A stretch of 64,000 nucleotides of DNA from Squalus acanthias. Taxonomy: Eukaryota. The notes below the pieces were generated by a model. The model saw only the letters and a program-made list of their open reading frames with translations. It had not been told where the DNA came from and ran no database searches. Each line of letters starts with the position of its first letter. The stretch's first letter is position 1. Location of the stretch: positions 59,832,001 through 59,896,000 of the forward strand of contig CM059438.1 in the NCBI GenBank assembly GCA_030390025.1, read 5' to 3'. The position numbers and the translations under genes are program-made. Below, one piece after another: positions 1 through 12,720 of this stretch.

Positions 1-3000
1 GGTCACATGGGCCCGCAGGGTGAGGTCACATGGCCACGCAGGGTGAGATCACATGGGCCCGCAGGGTGAGGTCACATGGGCCCGCAAGGTGAGGTCACAC
101 AGCCACGCATGGTGAGGTCACATGGCCCCGCAGGGTGCGGTCACATGGGCCCGCAGGGTGAGGTCACATGGCCATGCATGGTGATGTCACACGGCCTCGC
201 AGGGTGTGGTCACATTGGCCCACAGGGTGCGGTCACATGGGCCCACAGGGTAAGGTCACATGGGCCCGCAGGGTGAGGTCACATGGGTCCGCAGGGTGCG
301 GTCACATTGGCACGCAGGGTAAGGTCACATGGGCCCGCAGGGTGAGGTCACACGGCCCTACAGCATGAGGTCACATGGCCCCGCAGGGTGCGGTCACATG
401 GCCCCGCAGGGTGCGGTCACATGGCCCCACAGCATGAGGTCACAGGGCCCCGCAGGGTAAGGTCACATGGCCCCGCAGGGTGCGGTCACATGGTCCTGCA
501 GGGTAAGGTCACATGGGCCCACAGGGTGAGGTCACATGGTCCCGCAGGGTGAGGTCACATTGGCCCGCAGGGTGAGGTCACATGGCCCCGCAGAGTGTTG
601 TCACATGGCCACGCAGTGTGAGGTCACATGAGCCCGCAGGGTGAGGTCACATGGGCCCGCAGGGTGAGGTCACATGGCCACGCAGGGTGAGATCACATGG
701 GCCCGCAGGGTGAGGTCACATGGGCCCGCAAGGTGAGGTCACACAGCCACGCATGGTGAGGTCACATGGCCCCGCAGGGTGCGGTCACATGGGCCCGCAG
801 GGTGAGGTCACATGGCCATGCATGGTGATGTCACACGGCCTCGCAGGGTGTGGTCACATTGGCCCACAGGGTGCGGTCACATGGGCCCACAGGGTAAGGT
901 CACATGGGCCCGCAGGGTGAGGTCACATGGGCCCGCAGGGTGAGGTCACATGGGTCCGCAGGGTGCGGTCACATTGGCACGCAGGGTAAGGTCACATGGG
1001 CCCGCAGGGTGAGGTCACACGGCCCCGCCGGGTGAGGTCACATGGGCCCGCAGGGTGAGGTCACACGGCCCCGCAGGGTGCGGTCACATGGCCCCACAGC
1101 GTGAGGTCACATGGCCCTGCAAGGTAAGGTCACATGGCCTCGCAGGGTGAGGACACATGGCCCCGCAGGGTGCGGTCACATGGCCCTGCAGGGTAAGGTC
1201 ACATAGGCTCGCAGGGTGCAGTCACATGGCCCCGCAGGGTAAGGTCACATGGCCTCGCAGGGTGAGGACACATGGCCCCGCAGGGTAAGGTCACATGGGC
1301 CCGCAGGGGGAGGTCACATGGGCCCGCAGGGTGAGGTCACATGGCCTCGCAGGGTGAGGTCACAGGACCCCGCAGGGTGAGGTCACATGGGCCCGCAGGG
1401 TGAGGTCACACGGCCCCGCAAGGTGTGGTCACATGGCCACTCATGGTGTGGTCACATGTACCCGCAGGGTGTGGTCACACGGCCACACATGGTGAGGTCA
1501 CACGGCCATGCAGGGTGTGGTCACATGAGCCCACAGGGTGAGGTCACATGGCCACGCAGGGTGTGGTCACATGGGCCCGCAGTGTGCGGTCACATGGGCC
1601 CGCAAGGTGAGGTCACACGGCCCCGCAGGGTGAGGTCACACGGCCTCGCAGTTTGCGGTCACATGGGCCGGCAGGGTAAGGTCACATGGGCCCGCAGGGT
1701 GAGGTCACATTGGCCCGCAGGGTGAGGTCACATGGCCCTGCAGAGTGTTGTCACATGGCCACGCAGTGTGAGGTCACATGAGCCCGCAGGGTGAGGTCAC
1801 ATGGGCCCGCAGGGTGAGGTCACATGGGCCCGCATGGTGAGGTCACATGGCCCCGCAGGGTGCGGTCACATGGGCCCGCAGGGTGAGGTCACATGGCCAT
1901 GCATGGTGATGTCACACGGCCTCGCAGGGTGTGGTCACATTGGCCCACAGGGTGCGGTCACATGGGCCCACAGGGTAAGGTCACATGGGCCCGCAGGGTG
2001 AGGTCACATGGGTCCGCAGGGTGCGGTCACATTGGCACGCAGGGTAAGGTCACATGGGCCCGCAGGGTGAGGTCACACGGCCCCACAGCATGAGGTCACA
2101 TGGCCCCGCAGGGTGCGGTCACATGGCCCCGCAGGGTGCGGTCACATGGCCCCACAGCATGAGGTCACATGGCCCCGCAGGGTAAGGTCACATGGGCCCG
2201 CAGGGATAATGTCACATGGGCCCACAGGGTGCGGTCACAGGGCCCCGCAGGGTAAGGTCACATGGCCCCGCAGGGTAAGGTCACATGGGACCGCAGGGTG
2301 CGGTCACATGGTCCTGCAGGGTAAGGTCACATGGGCCCACAGGGTGAGGTCACATGGTCCCGCAGGGTGAGGTCACATTGGCCCGCAGGGTGAGGTCACA
2401 TGGCCCCGCAGAGTGTTGTCACATGGCCACGCAGTGTGAGGTCACATGAGCCCGCAGGGTGAGGTCACATGGGCCCGCAGGGTGAGGTCACATGGCCACG
2501 CAGGGTGAGATCACATGGGCCCGCAGGGTGAGGTCACATGGGCCCGCAAGGTGAGGTCACACAGCCACGCATGGTGAGGTCACATGGCCCCGCAGGGTGC
2601 GGTCACATGGGCCCGCAGGGTGAGGTCACATGGCCATGCATGGTGATGTCACACGGCCTCGCAGGGTGTGGTCACATTGGCCTACAGGGTGCGGTCACAT
2701 GGGCCCACAGGGTAAGGTCACATGGGCCCGCAGGGTGAGGTCACATGGGTCCGCAGGGTAAGGTCACATGGGCCCGCAGGGATAATGTCACATGGGCCCA
2801 CAGGGTGCGGTCACAGGGCCCCGCAGGGTAAGGTCACATGGGCCCACAGGGTGAGGTCACATGGTCCCGCAGGGTGAGGTCACATGGTTCCGCAGGGTGA
2901 GGTCACATGGGCCCGCAGTGTGTGGTCACATGGGCCCGCAAAGTGAGGTCACATGGTCCCGCATGGTAAGGTCACATGGGCCCGCAGGGTGAGGTCACAC

Positions 3001-3383
3001 GGCCCTGCAGGGTGCAGTCACATGGCCCCACAGCATGAGGTCACAAGGGCCCGCAGGGTGAGGTCACAAGGGCCCGCAGGGTGAGGTCACACGGCCCCGC
3101 AGGGTGAGGTCACACGGCCCCGCAGGGTGAGGTCACATGGTCCCGCATGGTAAGGTCACAGGGACCCGCCGGGTGAGGTCACACGGCCCCGCAGTGTGTG
3201 GTCACATGGGCCCGCAAAGTGAGGTCACATGGTCCCGCATGGTAAGGTCACATGGGCCCGCAGGGTGCGGTCACATGGCCACGCAGGGTAAGGTCACATG
3301 GGCCCGCAGGGTGAGGTCACATGGCCCCGCAGGGTGAAGTCACATGGGCCCACAGGGTGAAGTCACATGGGCCCGCAAGGTGA
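1..3383. repeat. 23-bp GC-rich minisatellite (consensus GGTCACATGGGCCCGCAGGGTGA), about 147 units in window, runs off the left edge
   Basis: Unit recurs at 1, 24, 47 etc.; decays at ~3383 (...GCCCGCAAGGTGA|TGTTATT). Confidence 0.97.
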
Positions 3384-3389
3384 TGTTAT

Positions 3390-3812
3390 TTTTACAGCGG
3401 TGGATAGGTGCCATGCGAGTGTCCCATTTGGAGAGGCGGGACACTTCATTTTAATTTTTAAATCAGGTGTAATTGGGAGCCTGATTTAAATTTAACAGTG
3501 GCCCAGGGCTCAGGAAAGCCGGCAGCGAAGTGGAGTCGGGAGCTGCCGGCTCCAGAAGGTAAGTGCTTGTTACAGCACTACTTGAAGGCCAGGAGGAGCA
3601 AGAGTGCTCCGTCTGTCCCCTCAAGCAAACCTTCTGCCCTCCTCTGCCGATCGCTGCCTCTCCTTGCTGCCGTGATCGGAAGCCCCCTTCCCCCCACCAA
3701 GCCCCGATCACTTCTAGTTTCCGGGTACAGTCCCCAGCCTGTCAATCTGGCCCATTTCCCCCCGCAACCACACTCCCTTGCTCGATCCCGCCTCCCCGTA
3801 AATATCAGGGCC
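3390..3812 (-). mobile_element. Partial non-autonomous DNA element, same family as 36811-37778 (Harbinger-like)
   Basis: Ends in CCCCGTAAATATCAGGGCC, whose reverse complement matches GGCCCTGATATTTGCGGGG at 36811; the other terminus is not found. Confidence 0.5.
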
Positions 3813-3825
3813 TGTGCAACACACA

Positions 3826-4335
3826 AACAACAACAACTTGCATTTCTATAGCGCCTTTAACGTAGTAAAACGTCCCAAGGTGCTTCACAGGAATGTTATC
3901 AAACAAAATTTGACAACAAGCAACATAAGGAGATATTAGGACCAGTGACCAAATGCTTGCTCAAAGAGTTCGGTTTCAAGGAGGAGAGGTTAAAGGAGGC
4001 AATTCCAGAGCTTATGGCCTCAACAGCTGAAGGCACGGCCGCCAATGGTGGTGTGATTAAAATCGGGGATGCTCAAGAGGCCAGAATCGGTGGAGTGCAG
4101 AGTACTTGGAGAGTTGTGGGGCTGGAGGAGATTACAGAGATAGGGAGGAGCGAGGCCATGGAGGGATTTGAAAACAAGGATGAGAATTCTAAAATTGAGG
4201 CGTTGCTTAACCAGGAGCCAATGTAGGTCAGTGAGCACAGGGGTGATGGATGAACGGGACTTGGTGTGAGTTAGGTTATGGGCAGCAGAGTTGTCGACGA
4301 ACTCCAGTTTACGAAGGGTGGAAGGTGGGAGGCCG
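3826..4335 (-). mobile_element. L2 LINE 3' fragment
   Basis: Minus ORF 4020-4343 has the L2 C-terminal motif ITPVLTDLHWL..FKILIL.FKSLHGLAPPYL; (CAA)n tail followed by CTTGCATTTCTATAGCGCCTTT. Confidence 0.85.
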
Positions 4336-4510
4336 ACAAACACGCATCAAATATACCGTTACTTCAGGGTACTGCCACACAGCGGAGCCATCAAATACAG
4401 TCACATTCCCGGGGCGAGAGAGACACTGTGCTGCCTTGGGCTCAGCTCCCTCACTGTACGGGCCCTGCGTTTCCCAGTCGCGCTACATCACTGAGGACTC
4501 TTTCTTTCAG

Positions 4511-4729
4511 GGGAAGGTTCTGGAAGTTTTGCCGCGCAGTTGCTGAAATCTCTGAATGAATATCGGACGAAGCACGGAGCGAGACCGTTAACCCTGAACC
4601 CGCTAATCGGCGAGAAGGCTGAGAAGTGGGCGGAGCATCTGGCAACCTCCAAAACATTGAAGCACAGCGACACATCATGTGGGGAGAATATCTGGTGTCA
4701 GCAAGGCCCTGTCAGTCTGCAGGTCACAG
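4511..4729 (+). CDS. Multi-CAP-domain GLIPR2/GAPR-1-like gene, domain 1 exon A (219 nt, phase 1-1)
   Basis: tttctttcag| ... |gtacgt; translates GEGSGSFAAQLLKSLNEYRTKHGARPLTLNPLIGEKAEKWAEHLATSKTLKHSDTSCGENIWCQQGPVSLQVTG, with CAP motifs xNEYR..HG..PL, LKHS and GEN(I/L). Confidence 0.93.
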
Positions 4730-4934
4730 GTACGTCACATCACTGCCTGATACACTCAGTTTGTTACAACAACAATTGTTCATAATATAGAAACAGAAAA
4801 ATAGGAGCAGGAGGCCATTTGGCCCTTTGAGCCTGCTCTGCCATTCAATATGATCATGGCTGATCCTCTCTCAATACCATATTCCCGCTCTCTCCCCATA
4901 CCCCTTGATGCCTTTGTGTCTAGAAATCTATCTA

Positions 4935-5320
4935 CAGGAAACTTTTGTTTATCCGGCACCCAAATATCCGGAATTCTCGCTTAACCGTCAAAAATCATCC
5001 TCCGAAAACTCCTCTCAAATAACCGGCAATGTTGCCGAGTCGCAGTCGAGTCTCCGCGAACGCCGAGTACTCCGAAAACTCCTCTCAAATAACCGGCAAT
5101 GTTGCCGATCCCGAGTCCGAGTCCGAGTCCGCGAACGCCGATTTAGTCAGTAGGGGTAGTTTTCAAAAGTACCCAAATACTGTATACTGCACATTTCTTG
5201 ATTTATTTATTTTTCTTTGTTAAAAATAGCCTCGGTAGATATAACTCTCCGTTATCCAGTACTTTCGATAAACCGGCACTACGCCGGTCCCGTCGGTGCC
5301 GGTTAATAAAGAGTTTCCTG
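4935..5320. mobile_element. Tc1/mariner (Tigger/pogo-like) MITE
   Basis: About 26-bp TIRs CAGGAAACTTTTGTTTATCCGGCACC / GGTGCCGGTTAATAAAGAGTTTCCTG; TA duplicated at 4933-34 and 5321-22; internal ~39-bp direct repeat at ~5000 and ~5070. Confidence 0.85.
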
Positions 5321-5538
5321 TATCTCCTTCTTAAATATATTCAGCGACTGAGCCTCCACAGCCTTCTGTGGTAGAGAATTCCACAGGTTCACCACCCTCT
5401 GAGTGAAGAAATTTCTCCTCATCTCAGTCCTAAATGTCCTACCCTGTATCCTGAGACTGTGACCCCTCGTTCTAGACCCCCCAGCCAGGGGAAAGATCCT
5501 CCCTGCATCCAGTCTGTCTAGCCCTGTCAGAACTTTAT

Positions 5539-6432
5539 GGGGTAAAAATTCAGTTGGTTGCGCCTCCCGTTAGCGCCTTAAGAGGGCGCTAATGGGGCGC
5601 AAAGCCGCTAACGCCCGGGTGCAGCGATGTTTGCGCCGCTCGGGAACTTAACTAGACATTGTGCGGCAGCGCTAAACTTTACTGCTGCGACCACCTGCGT
5701 GCGCAGATTGTGACGTCATTCCATGGTGCAACGCCCCTGTGGCGCCCCGGAGCGGAAATTGAGTGGCGCCCCCTGCCTTACCGCCTGACGCTAGCAATGA
5801 CCAGAAGACTGGAACGCTATCAATCGCTGTGGGGCTGGGGGGGGGCGCTATTTAAAGGGGGCCTCTTCCTGTCTTTTATTGTTGGTGGCATTTTTGAACT
5901 ACGCATTCTGAGAGAGAGAGGGAGAGACTTCTGGAGAGATTCAACGTTGTGTGAAGGAGTTTTGGGTACTGAGCAGCACTTTGCAGGTTCATTTTGATTT
6001 GCCATTCCTTGTATCGATTTAGCAGAGACTGTGGGAGCTGCACTCTGAGCTCTTTGCCTGGTACTCTCCATTGTTCTTTCCAGCACATTTGATGTGCAAG
6101 TCTCTCCAGGCCGAGATTCAAGGCTGCAATGAACAGGATGTGGATGGAAAGCAAGATTAACCATCCCCTTTAAGAACTGGCCCGTGCCATTGTGTGTGTG
6201 TTCCATTGCTGACTGACATTACATGAGCTTCGCCAGCGCTCTGAGTTAGCGCCTCACTCCTTGGCCTTTGCGCCTTAAGACAGGTGTGCAGCGCCTGATT
6301 TAGCGCTCCACTCACCTCCCGGGGCGGTAAAAGTGAAGTTTCCAGTCAGTGGCGATAATTAGCGCCAGGCGCTAATATTTGCGTCCAGACGATATTTGCG
6401 CCCCAAATGGGGCGCGACCTAATTTTTCCCCC
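5539..6432. mobile_element. GC-rich non-autonomous PIF/Harbinger-like element, copy 1
   Basis: GGGGTAAAAATT...AATTTTTCCCCC termini; 3-bp TAT duplication; homologous along its length to 34197-35072. Confidence 0.8.
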
Positions 6433-6887
6433 TATACGTTTCAGTGAGATCCCCTCTCATTCTTCTAAGCTCTAGTGAATACAGGCCTAATCGACCCAAT
6501 CTCTCCTCATACGACAGTCCTGCCATCCCAGGAATCAGTCTGGTGAACCTTCGCTGCACTCCCTCTGTGGCAAGTATATCCTTTCTTAGGCAAGGAGACC
6601 AAAACTGCACACAGTACTCCAGGTGTGGTCTCACCAAGGCCCTGTATAACTGTAGTAAGACATCCTTGCTCCTGTACTCAAATCCTCTTGCAATGAAGGC
6701 CAACATACCATTTGCCTGGTTTTATTATAACAAGCTTAGCATAACTGGGTGTTATTATAACAGAGGTTTACGATAACTGGACCGAGGTTACTTGCAGTTT
6801 CTATCGGAGGGCATTCCTTTCTCAGTCAGGCGCTGCTCTATTTACACAGCAGTGGATTTAATTGAATTATTCTCTCAATGTTTACAG

Positions 6888-6965
6888 GACATGAAGCTAT
6901 TGATTCCTGGTACAATGAAATTAAAAATTATGACTTCTCCTCCCCCGGATTTCAGAAGAATTGTG
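6888..6965 (+). CDS. CAP domain 1 exon B (78 nt, phase 1-1)
   Basis: tttacag| ... |gtaagt; GHEAIDSWYNEIKNYDFSSPGFQKNCG, with the WYxE motif, comparable to GAPR-1 GKEVADRWYSEIKNYNFQQPGFTSGTG. Confidence 0.93.
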
Positions 6966-7719
6966 GTAAGTTTTTGATCAACGCAGTTGTATATAATGAT
7001 CAATCGCTCCTGGGACCATCAATAGCATAGACAGCACCAGGATTTAAAGAATGGACTGAGTCATTGTATTTACCACACTGCAAGGCTCGAGCTCACAATC
7101 TAGGTTGGTGCTCCAATGCCGCATTGAGGGGGTGGCGTATTATTGGTGGTGCCGTCCTTTCGATGAGGCACTAAACTGAGTGCCTATTCCAAAAGCTCAA
7201 CCCAATTACATATATGATTCCATCATTGGAAGAAACAATCGCAAGCTTGAAAGGATGATCTGAGCGAGGGCTCCAAGCACTGAAATAATGGGGCTTTACT
7301 CAATAAGAAAGACAGAACTTCAAGAGCAATCTGAGGAATCCCAGTGTTGCGGGGATTTTGAGTGTCACTGTAGTAAACCCAGCACTATACATGCATTGGT
7401 CCAGCAGTTGTATTGGATGGAATTGGGATGGGACTTGGTCAGGATCTTTTATTAAGAGAACATTGTTATCTGTTGGATAGGTGGTTGGTTTTCTGTCTTG
7501 ATTTGACTGATGACTCCCTCTGTTGACCTCATTGATGGAACGTCATGCTCTGGGTTGTCCATTTCTCGTCATTATACAAGAATGTACTTTGGTTGTGCAT
7601 GTGTTTAAATGTTCCCTGCCTCTTGGTGATGTTTCTGAATGGTGACTGTGGTACATTATCCCTCGTCATCCTCCTCGACCTCTCCGCAGCCCTTGACATG
7701 ATCGACCACACCACCCTCC

Positions 7720-7892
7720 CAATGTTTCCTGTAAGCTGTTTGGCCACGTAACCGTGCAGCGCTCCAGGGATCTCGCACGGCCGTCATGTTGGCTTTTCAA
7801 TACTTAAAACCGCGCATGCTCGGTATTTTGAATGGCCCGCGTAGCCCCTTAAAGGGGCTGCGCGGTGTCAAGAAAAATTAGAGGGAACATTG
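7720..7892. mobile_element. hAT-like MITE, copy 1
   Basis: CAATGTTTCCT...AGGGAACATTG termini; 8-bp TSD CACCCTCC/CATCCTCC. Confidence 0.8.
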
Positions 7893-9221
7893 CATCCTCC
7901 CCCAACACCTCTCCTCCATTGTCTAGTTCAGTGAGACTGCCCTCACTTGGTTCAAATCTCACCGATACAATCATAGCCAGAGCATCTCCAACAATGGCTT
8001 CTCTTCCTGTCATGTAACATTAGCTACAGAGTTCCTCAAAGATCAATCCTTGGCCCACCCTCCTTTTCCTCATCTACATGTTACCACTTGGTGACATCAT
8101 CTGCAGTCATGGGGTCAACTTCCACATGTGTGCTGAAGACATCCAGCTCTACTTCTCCATCTCTCCCAACCCCTCCACTGCCTCTGTGTCAGACTGCTTG
8201 TCTGATATCCGGTCTTGGATATGCTGCAACTTCCTCTAGCTAAATATTGGGCAGATTGAATCCATCACCGTCCCTCTCTCTGGCCACATTCTGAGGCTGA
8301 ACCAGACTATTTGCAACCTTGGCATCCTATTTGACCCCGAGCTGAGCTTCCTACCCAATAATCGTTCCTTCACAAAGATTGCCTACGTCCAACCACTTTC
8401 ATACCCTGCTCAGCCCATCTGTTGCCGAAACCCACATCCATGCTTTTGTCATCTCCAGACTCGACTACTCCAATGTTCTCCTGGCCGGCCGCCCACCTTC
8501 CATCCTTTGTAAACTTCGGGTCATCCAAAACTCTGATGTCTATATCCTATCCTGCAACTAGACCCGCTCACCCAGCGCTCGTGACCTCACTGATCTGCAA
8601 TGGCTCCCAGTGGCGGTGACCTTTTGGACAAGTGAGGCAGAGCCACACATCCCTAACCAAGCCAGCATCTTACCATGGCAACAGGCCACTCACGCACGTG
8701 TAATGTATTTTCTTATCCATGGCTATTTTTCATTAAAAAAGAAAGCGAGGTCAAAGAAAAGAGCGAGAGGGGCAGCAGGGGAGAGTGGAGAGGAAGCCAA
8801 TAATCACTTTGACAAAGCCAACTCCATTTCTTAAACTCGTTCTTGCCAACACACATCGTAAACCTCCAACCCACCCTCTAATCTCACCCGCGGCTCGAGC
8901 TACTGCCGACAGCGACAACAAGACCCGCTCGCTCGCTCACACTGACGAGCTGCCTCTGTTAGCTCGCGGCCCCCCACCCTTCCAATTTTAAAATTCTTAT
9001 CTTCATGTTCAAGTCTTTTCATGGCCTCGCCTCTCCCTATCTCTGTATCCTCTTACAGCACCCCTCCTTCCCAAACCTCCATTCCTCTGACTCTGTCCCT
9101 CTTGTGCATCTCTCCCACCCGTCGCCCACCTTTAGCATTCGTATCTTCAGCTGCTTAGGTCCCACGCGCCGAAATTAACCTCCCTTAAACCACTCCGCCT
9201 CCCCACTTCCCTCTCTTCATA

Positions 9222-9692
9222 GTGTCAGCTGTGGCTCAGTGGGTAGCACCCTCGCCCTGCTTAGTCAGAAGGTTGTGGGCTCACGCCCCACTCCAGGGAC
9301 TTGAGCACAAAAATCCAGGCTGACACTCCAGTGCAGTACTGAGGGAGTGCAGCACTGTCGGAGGTGCCGCCTTTTGAATGAGACGTTAAACCGAGGCCTG
9401 GTCTGCTCTCTCGGGTGGACGTAAAAGATCCTATGGCACTGTTTTGAAGAAGAGCAGGGGAGTTCTCCCCGGTGTCCTGGCCAATATTTATCCCTCAACC
9501 AACATCACTAAAACAGATTAACTGGTCGTTATCACATTGCTTTTTGTGGGATCTTGCTGTGCGCAAATTGGCTGCCGCGTTTCCTACATTACAACAGTGA
9601 CTACACTTCAAAAAGTACTTCATTGGCTGTAAAGCGCTTTGGGACGTCCGCTGGTCGTGAAAGGCGCTATAGAAATGCAAGTCTTTCTTTTT
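9222..9692 (+). mobile_element. tRNA-derived SINE with L2-type 3' tail (resembles the shark DeuSINE/SacSINE type)
   Basis: A-box TGGCTCAGTGG, degenerate B-box, core GCTGACACTCCAGTGCAGTACTGAGGGAGTG, tail AAGGCGCTATAGAAATGCAAGTCTTTCTTT. The family name is from recall. Confidence 0.8.
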
Positions 9693-10044
9693 ATAAAACC
9701 CACCTTTTTGACCAAGCTTTTGGTTATCCCTTCTAATATTTCCTTTTTTGGCCTGGCATCGGGGCATCCTGTTTTTTGATTCCATCTCTGTGAAGTGCCT
9801 CGGGACGATGTTCTACGTTAAAGGCAAGTTGCTGCTGCTAGTATCCCTGCTGCCATAACCCATGCTGGGAGTGAGTAGCTTCATTTTGCGAAGTTCTAGA
9901 ATAGTCTTTGGATAAGAGCTCCATGGCGAGATTGTCTCTTGCGTGACGCTGGACGTACAGCAGAAGCTGTGGGTCGTGCGTGCGGGCCGCGCTGTCCCGT
10001 GCCCTGTGCTCTTTGTAAATGACCCCACTGTTGTTCACCTGCAG

Positions 10045-10293
10045 GTCATTTCACACAGCTGGTTTGGAGAGACTCCAAGGAGATCGGGGTTGGCCTGGCA
10101 TCTGACGGCAAAGGTCGCACCGTGGTGGTGGCTCAGTTCGACCCGGCCGGCAACATCACCAACCCGGGCTACTTTGCTAAAAATGTCCTGCCCGTTGGCA
10201 GCAAGGTGAAGGAGGGCGAGGGTGGGTCGGCCCAAGGAGAGAAGGTCAAGACACCTGGCGCACCAGGAACAAGCCGGGTGGCACCAGGGTCAG
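10045..10293 (+). CDS. CAP domain 1 exon C plus Gly-rich linker (249 nt, phase 1-1)
   Basis: cctgcag| ... |gtacgg; GHFTQLVWRDSKEIGVGLASDGKGRTVVVAQFDPAGNITNPGYFAKNVLPVGSKVKEGEGGSAQGEKVKTPGAPGTSRVAPGSG, with CAP signatures GHFTQxVW and VVAxFxPAGN. Confidence 0.94.
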
Positions 10294-10667
10294 GTACGGG
10301 TTTTGTTCTCTAATAAACGCCCACACCTCCTGTCAGAGAACTGAAAACAATGGTTGATACGGGACAGCCCAGCCCAACCGCCCCAAGGGTGAGTGCGGGT
10401 AGTTCCTGAGTGCTCCAAACAGAGTCTCAGCGTCCCATCTTGGATGAGTCATAACTTCCTTCAGCTAAAGATTGACACAGTCCTTCAGAGCTTTCCATAG
10501 ACCAAAGCTTCTCCAGATCTTTATATTCTGAATTGACAGCAAAACAGTCAGAAATCAGCAGAGTGAAAGTGTGAATATTCGACAGAGTCAGAAAGCAGTG
10601 AAGTGAATTTTTAATAATGTAACTTTACTCAAGTATTAAGAGGTGGAGTGTGGGCTTCATTGACCAA

Positions 10668-10862
10668 CATATACGCGCATACACACACTTACACACACCC
10701 AACATACATACACACATAGACACACAAACACACACTCCCACATAAACATACACCCACATAAATACACCTACACTCAGATACACACCCACATACACGCACA
10801 CAAACACACGCACACCCATATAGACACCCACCCACCCACACCCCACCCCGCACCCACACCAT
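10668..10862. repeat. Degenerate (CA)n-rich microsatellite
   Basis: Runs of ACAC/CATA/CACC. Confidence 0.85.
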
Positions 10863-11428
10863 ACTTGGGGAACGAAGAGTCTGGTCACTTTCCAATTGGC
10901 CGTGGGAAGGCCGGGCACCGCCAGGATGGGCGTGTCGGGCGACCAATGGCGGGGGCGGGAGGTCATGTGATGGAACCTCCAGGAATACGTCAACCCACCA
11001 GCTGTGCACATTGGCAAATCCTGGTTGAATTCCCAACAGTTTCTGTTCATTAAATGTCCTGTGGATATTGGGGAATGGAAGGACACGGCATTCCTGAAAC
11101 CGGTCCAATAATGTTCCCAAACCATTAAACAGGGCCCTGCTTCCCCATCTAGCAGTTTGCAGGTGATTCAGGCCATTGCTCTCAATGGTTGGAGTATCTG
11201 TTGCCTCTTTTCCTTTCCCTCTTCCTTTTTTTTCTCTTCCGCCCTACAAAAGGTTTGGTTTATCTTTCGTCTCGCGGTTCTGGTGATAGGGGCTACACTT
11301 GGAACATGAGCCTGTCTTTGCGCCTGCTGCGTATTTCCAACATTTTCTTGTTTCTCTTTCACACACTCTGTTACCACGCTCAGATTGTTACTGCATTATC
11401 CAACAATGCTGAGGACTCTCTTTTTCAG

Positions 11429-11647
11429 GTGAAGGTTCTGGAAGTTTCGCCGCGCAGTTGCTGAAATCTCTGAATGAATATCGGACGAAGCACGGAGCGA
11501 GACCGCTAACCCTGAACCCGCTAATCGTCGGGAAGGCTGAGAAGTGGGCGGAGCATCTGGCAACCTCCAAAACATTGAAGCACAGCGACACATCATGTGG
11601 GGAGAATATCTGGTGTCAGCAAGGCCCTGTCAGTCTGCAGGTCACAG
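11429..11647 (+). CDS. CAP domain 2 exon A (219 nt)
   Basis: tttttcag| ... |gtacgt; 5 nt differences from 4511-4729 (GE changed to VG). Confidence 0.93.
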
Positions 11648-12189
11648 GTACGTCACATCACTGCCTGACACACTCACACACTGTCTCATGGTCAACATCA
11701 GGCAGAGACCCCGGCCCATCCAGCCTGTTCCTTCCCCAGCCCCTGTGCAGTTTGCTTTATCCTGGACTCTACAACCCGATTAATTCTACAAAGTTTCACC
11801 TCTCCCCAAAGTGAATCCAGCAAATCTCCACAATACTACACTTCCATGGTCCATATGGGCCATTTGATCATCCTTATCTGTAGTTATCCTCGGTGCAATT
11901 CCTCTGATTAAAAGGCATTAACACAGAATGAACTACTGTTCCGCATACCCACTGCTGAGCTCATTCTACGGCTGGGACATTCCTGGGAGTTGTTCCCGCT
12001 CCACCGCACTTACGGTAAAGTGACACCTGGGGAGTGGGAGCTGCTCCCAGGAATTTCCCGCCCATGTTGTACTAAAATCAGTGAACAGTAAATAACCATC
12101 TCACAGGTCCCCTCGTAATCAACTTTCCTGCAATGAAAACCAGTGACGCTCTCTGTGTTTCTTTCTATAACTGTAGAGCTTTGAGTCTC

Positions 12190-12720
12190 AAAATGATGGT
12201 GTTGCCATGCAACTGCTGCCCTTGTCCTTCTAGGTGGTGGGGATTGTGGGTTTGGGCGGTGCTGCCGAAGAAGCCATGGTGACTTGCTGAAGTGCATCCT
12301 GTAGATCATACACACTGCAGCTATGCTATACCAGTGATGGAGGGAGTTTAGGCTAGCGGATGAGGTGCTGATCAAGCGAAGTGCTTTGTCCTGGATGGTG
12401 TCGAGCTTCTTGAGTATTGTTGCATCTGCACCCTTCCAGACAAGAGGAGAGTATTCCATCACACTCTTCACGTGCTTTGGGGAGTCAGGAAATGAGCCAC
12501 TCACGGCAGAATACCCATCTTCTGACCTGCTCTAGTAGCCACGACATTTGATCCAGTTGAATTCATGGTCAGTGGTGACCCCTGGAGTGTTGATGGGGAA
12601 GGGGGGAAATCGGCGATGGTAATGTCATTGAATGTCAAGGGCAGATGGTTAGACTTTCTTGTTGGAGATGGTCATTGTCTGGCACTTATGTGGCCCGAAT
12701 GTTACTTACCACTTGTGGGA
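12190..12720 (-). mobile_element. Non-LTR retrotransposon 3' fragment (clade not assigned)
   Basis: Minus ORF 12010-12504 MEYSPLVW..KKLDTIQDKALRLI..SLHH..AAVC.IYRMH; related 3' sequence at 13150-13445, 16630-16741 and 21036-21245. Confidence 0.75.

Larger units (their letters stand above)
4785..6715 (-). mobile_element. CR1 LINE 3' fragment interrupted by two DNA transposons
   Basis: Minus ORF 6419-6706 ([26 protein letters not shown]); CR1 3' UTR and tail at 4785-4930. Confidence 0.9.
7630..9835 (+). mobile_element. Decayed L2 LINE (RT to 3' end) with nested insertions
   Basis: LLDLSAALDMIDH, PQ.SILGP, IHAFVISRLDYSN.LL motifs in broken frames; 3' end resumes after the SINE at ~9693. Confidence 0.8.

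Noticed and set aside
76..3337. His/Cys/Gly-rich ORFs in the 23-bp array
   Set aside because: The unit is not a multiple of 3; the ORFs are frame-cycling artefacts.
9222..9295. tRNA gene
   Set aside because: It is the head of a SINE with a degenerate B-box, continuing into SINE body and tail.
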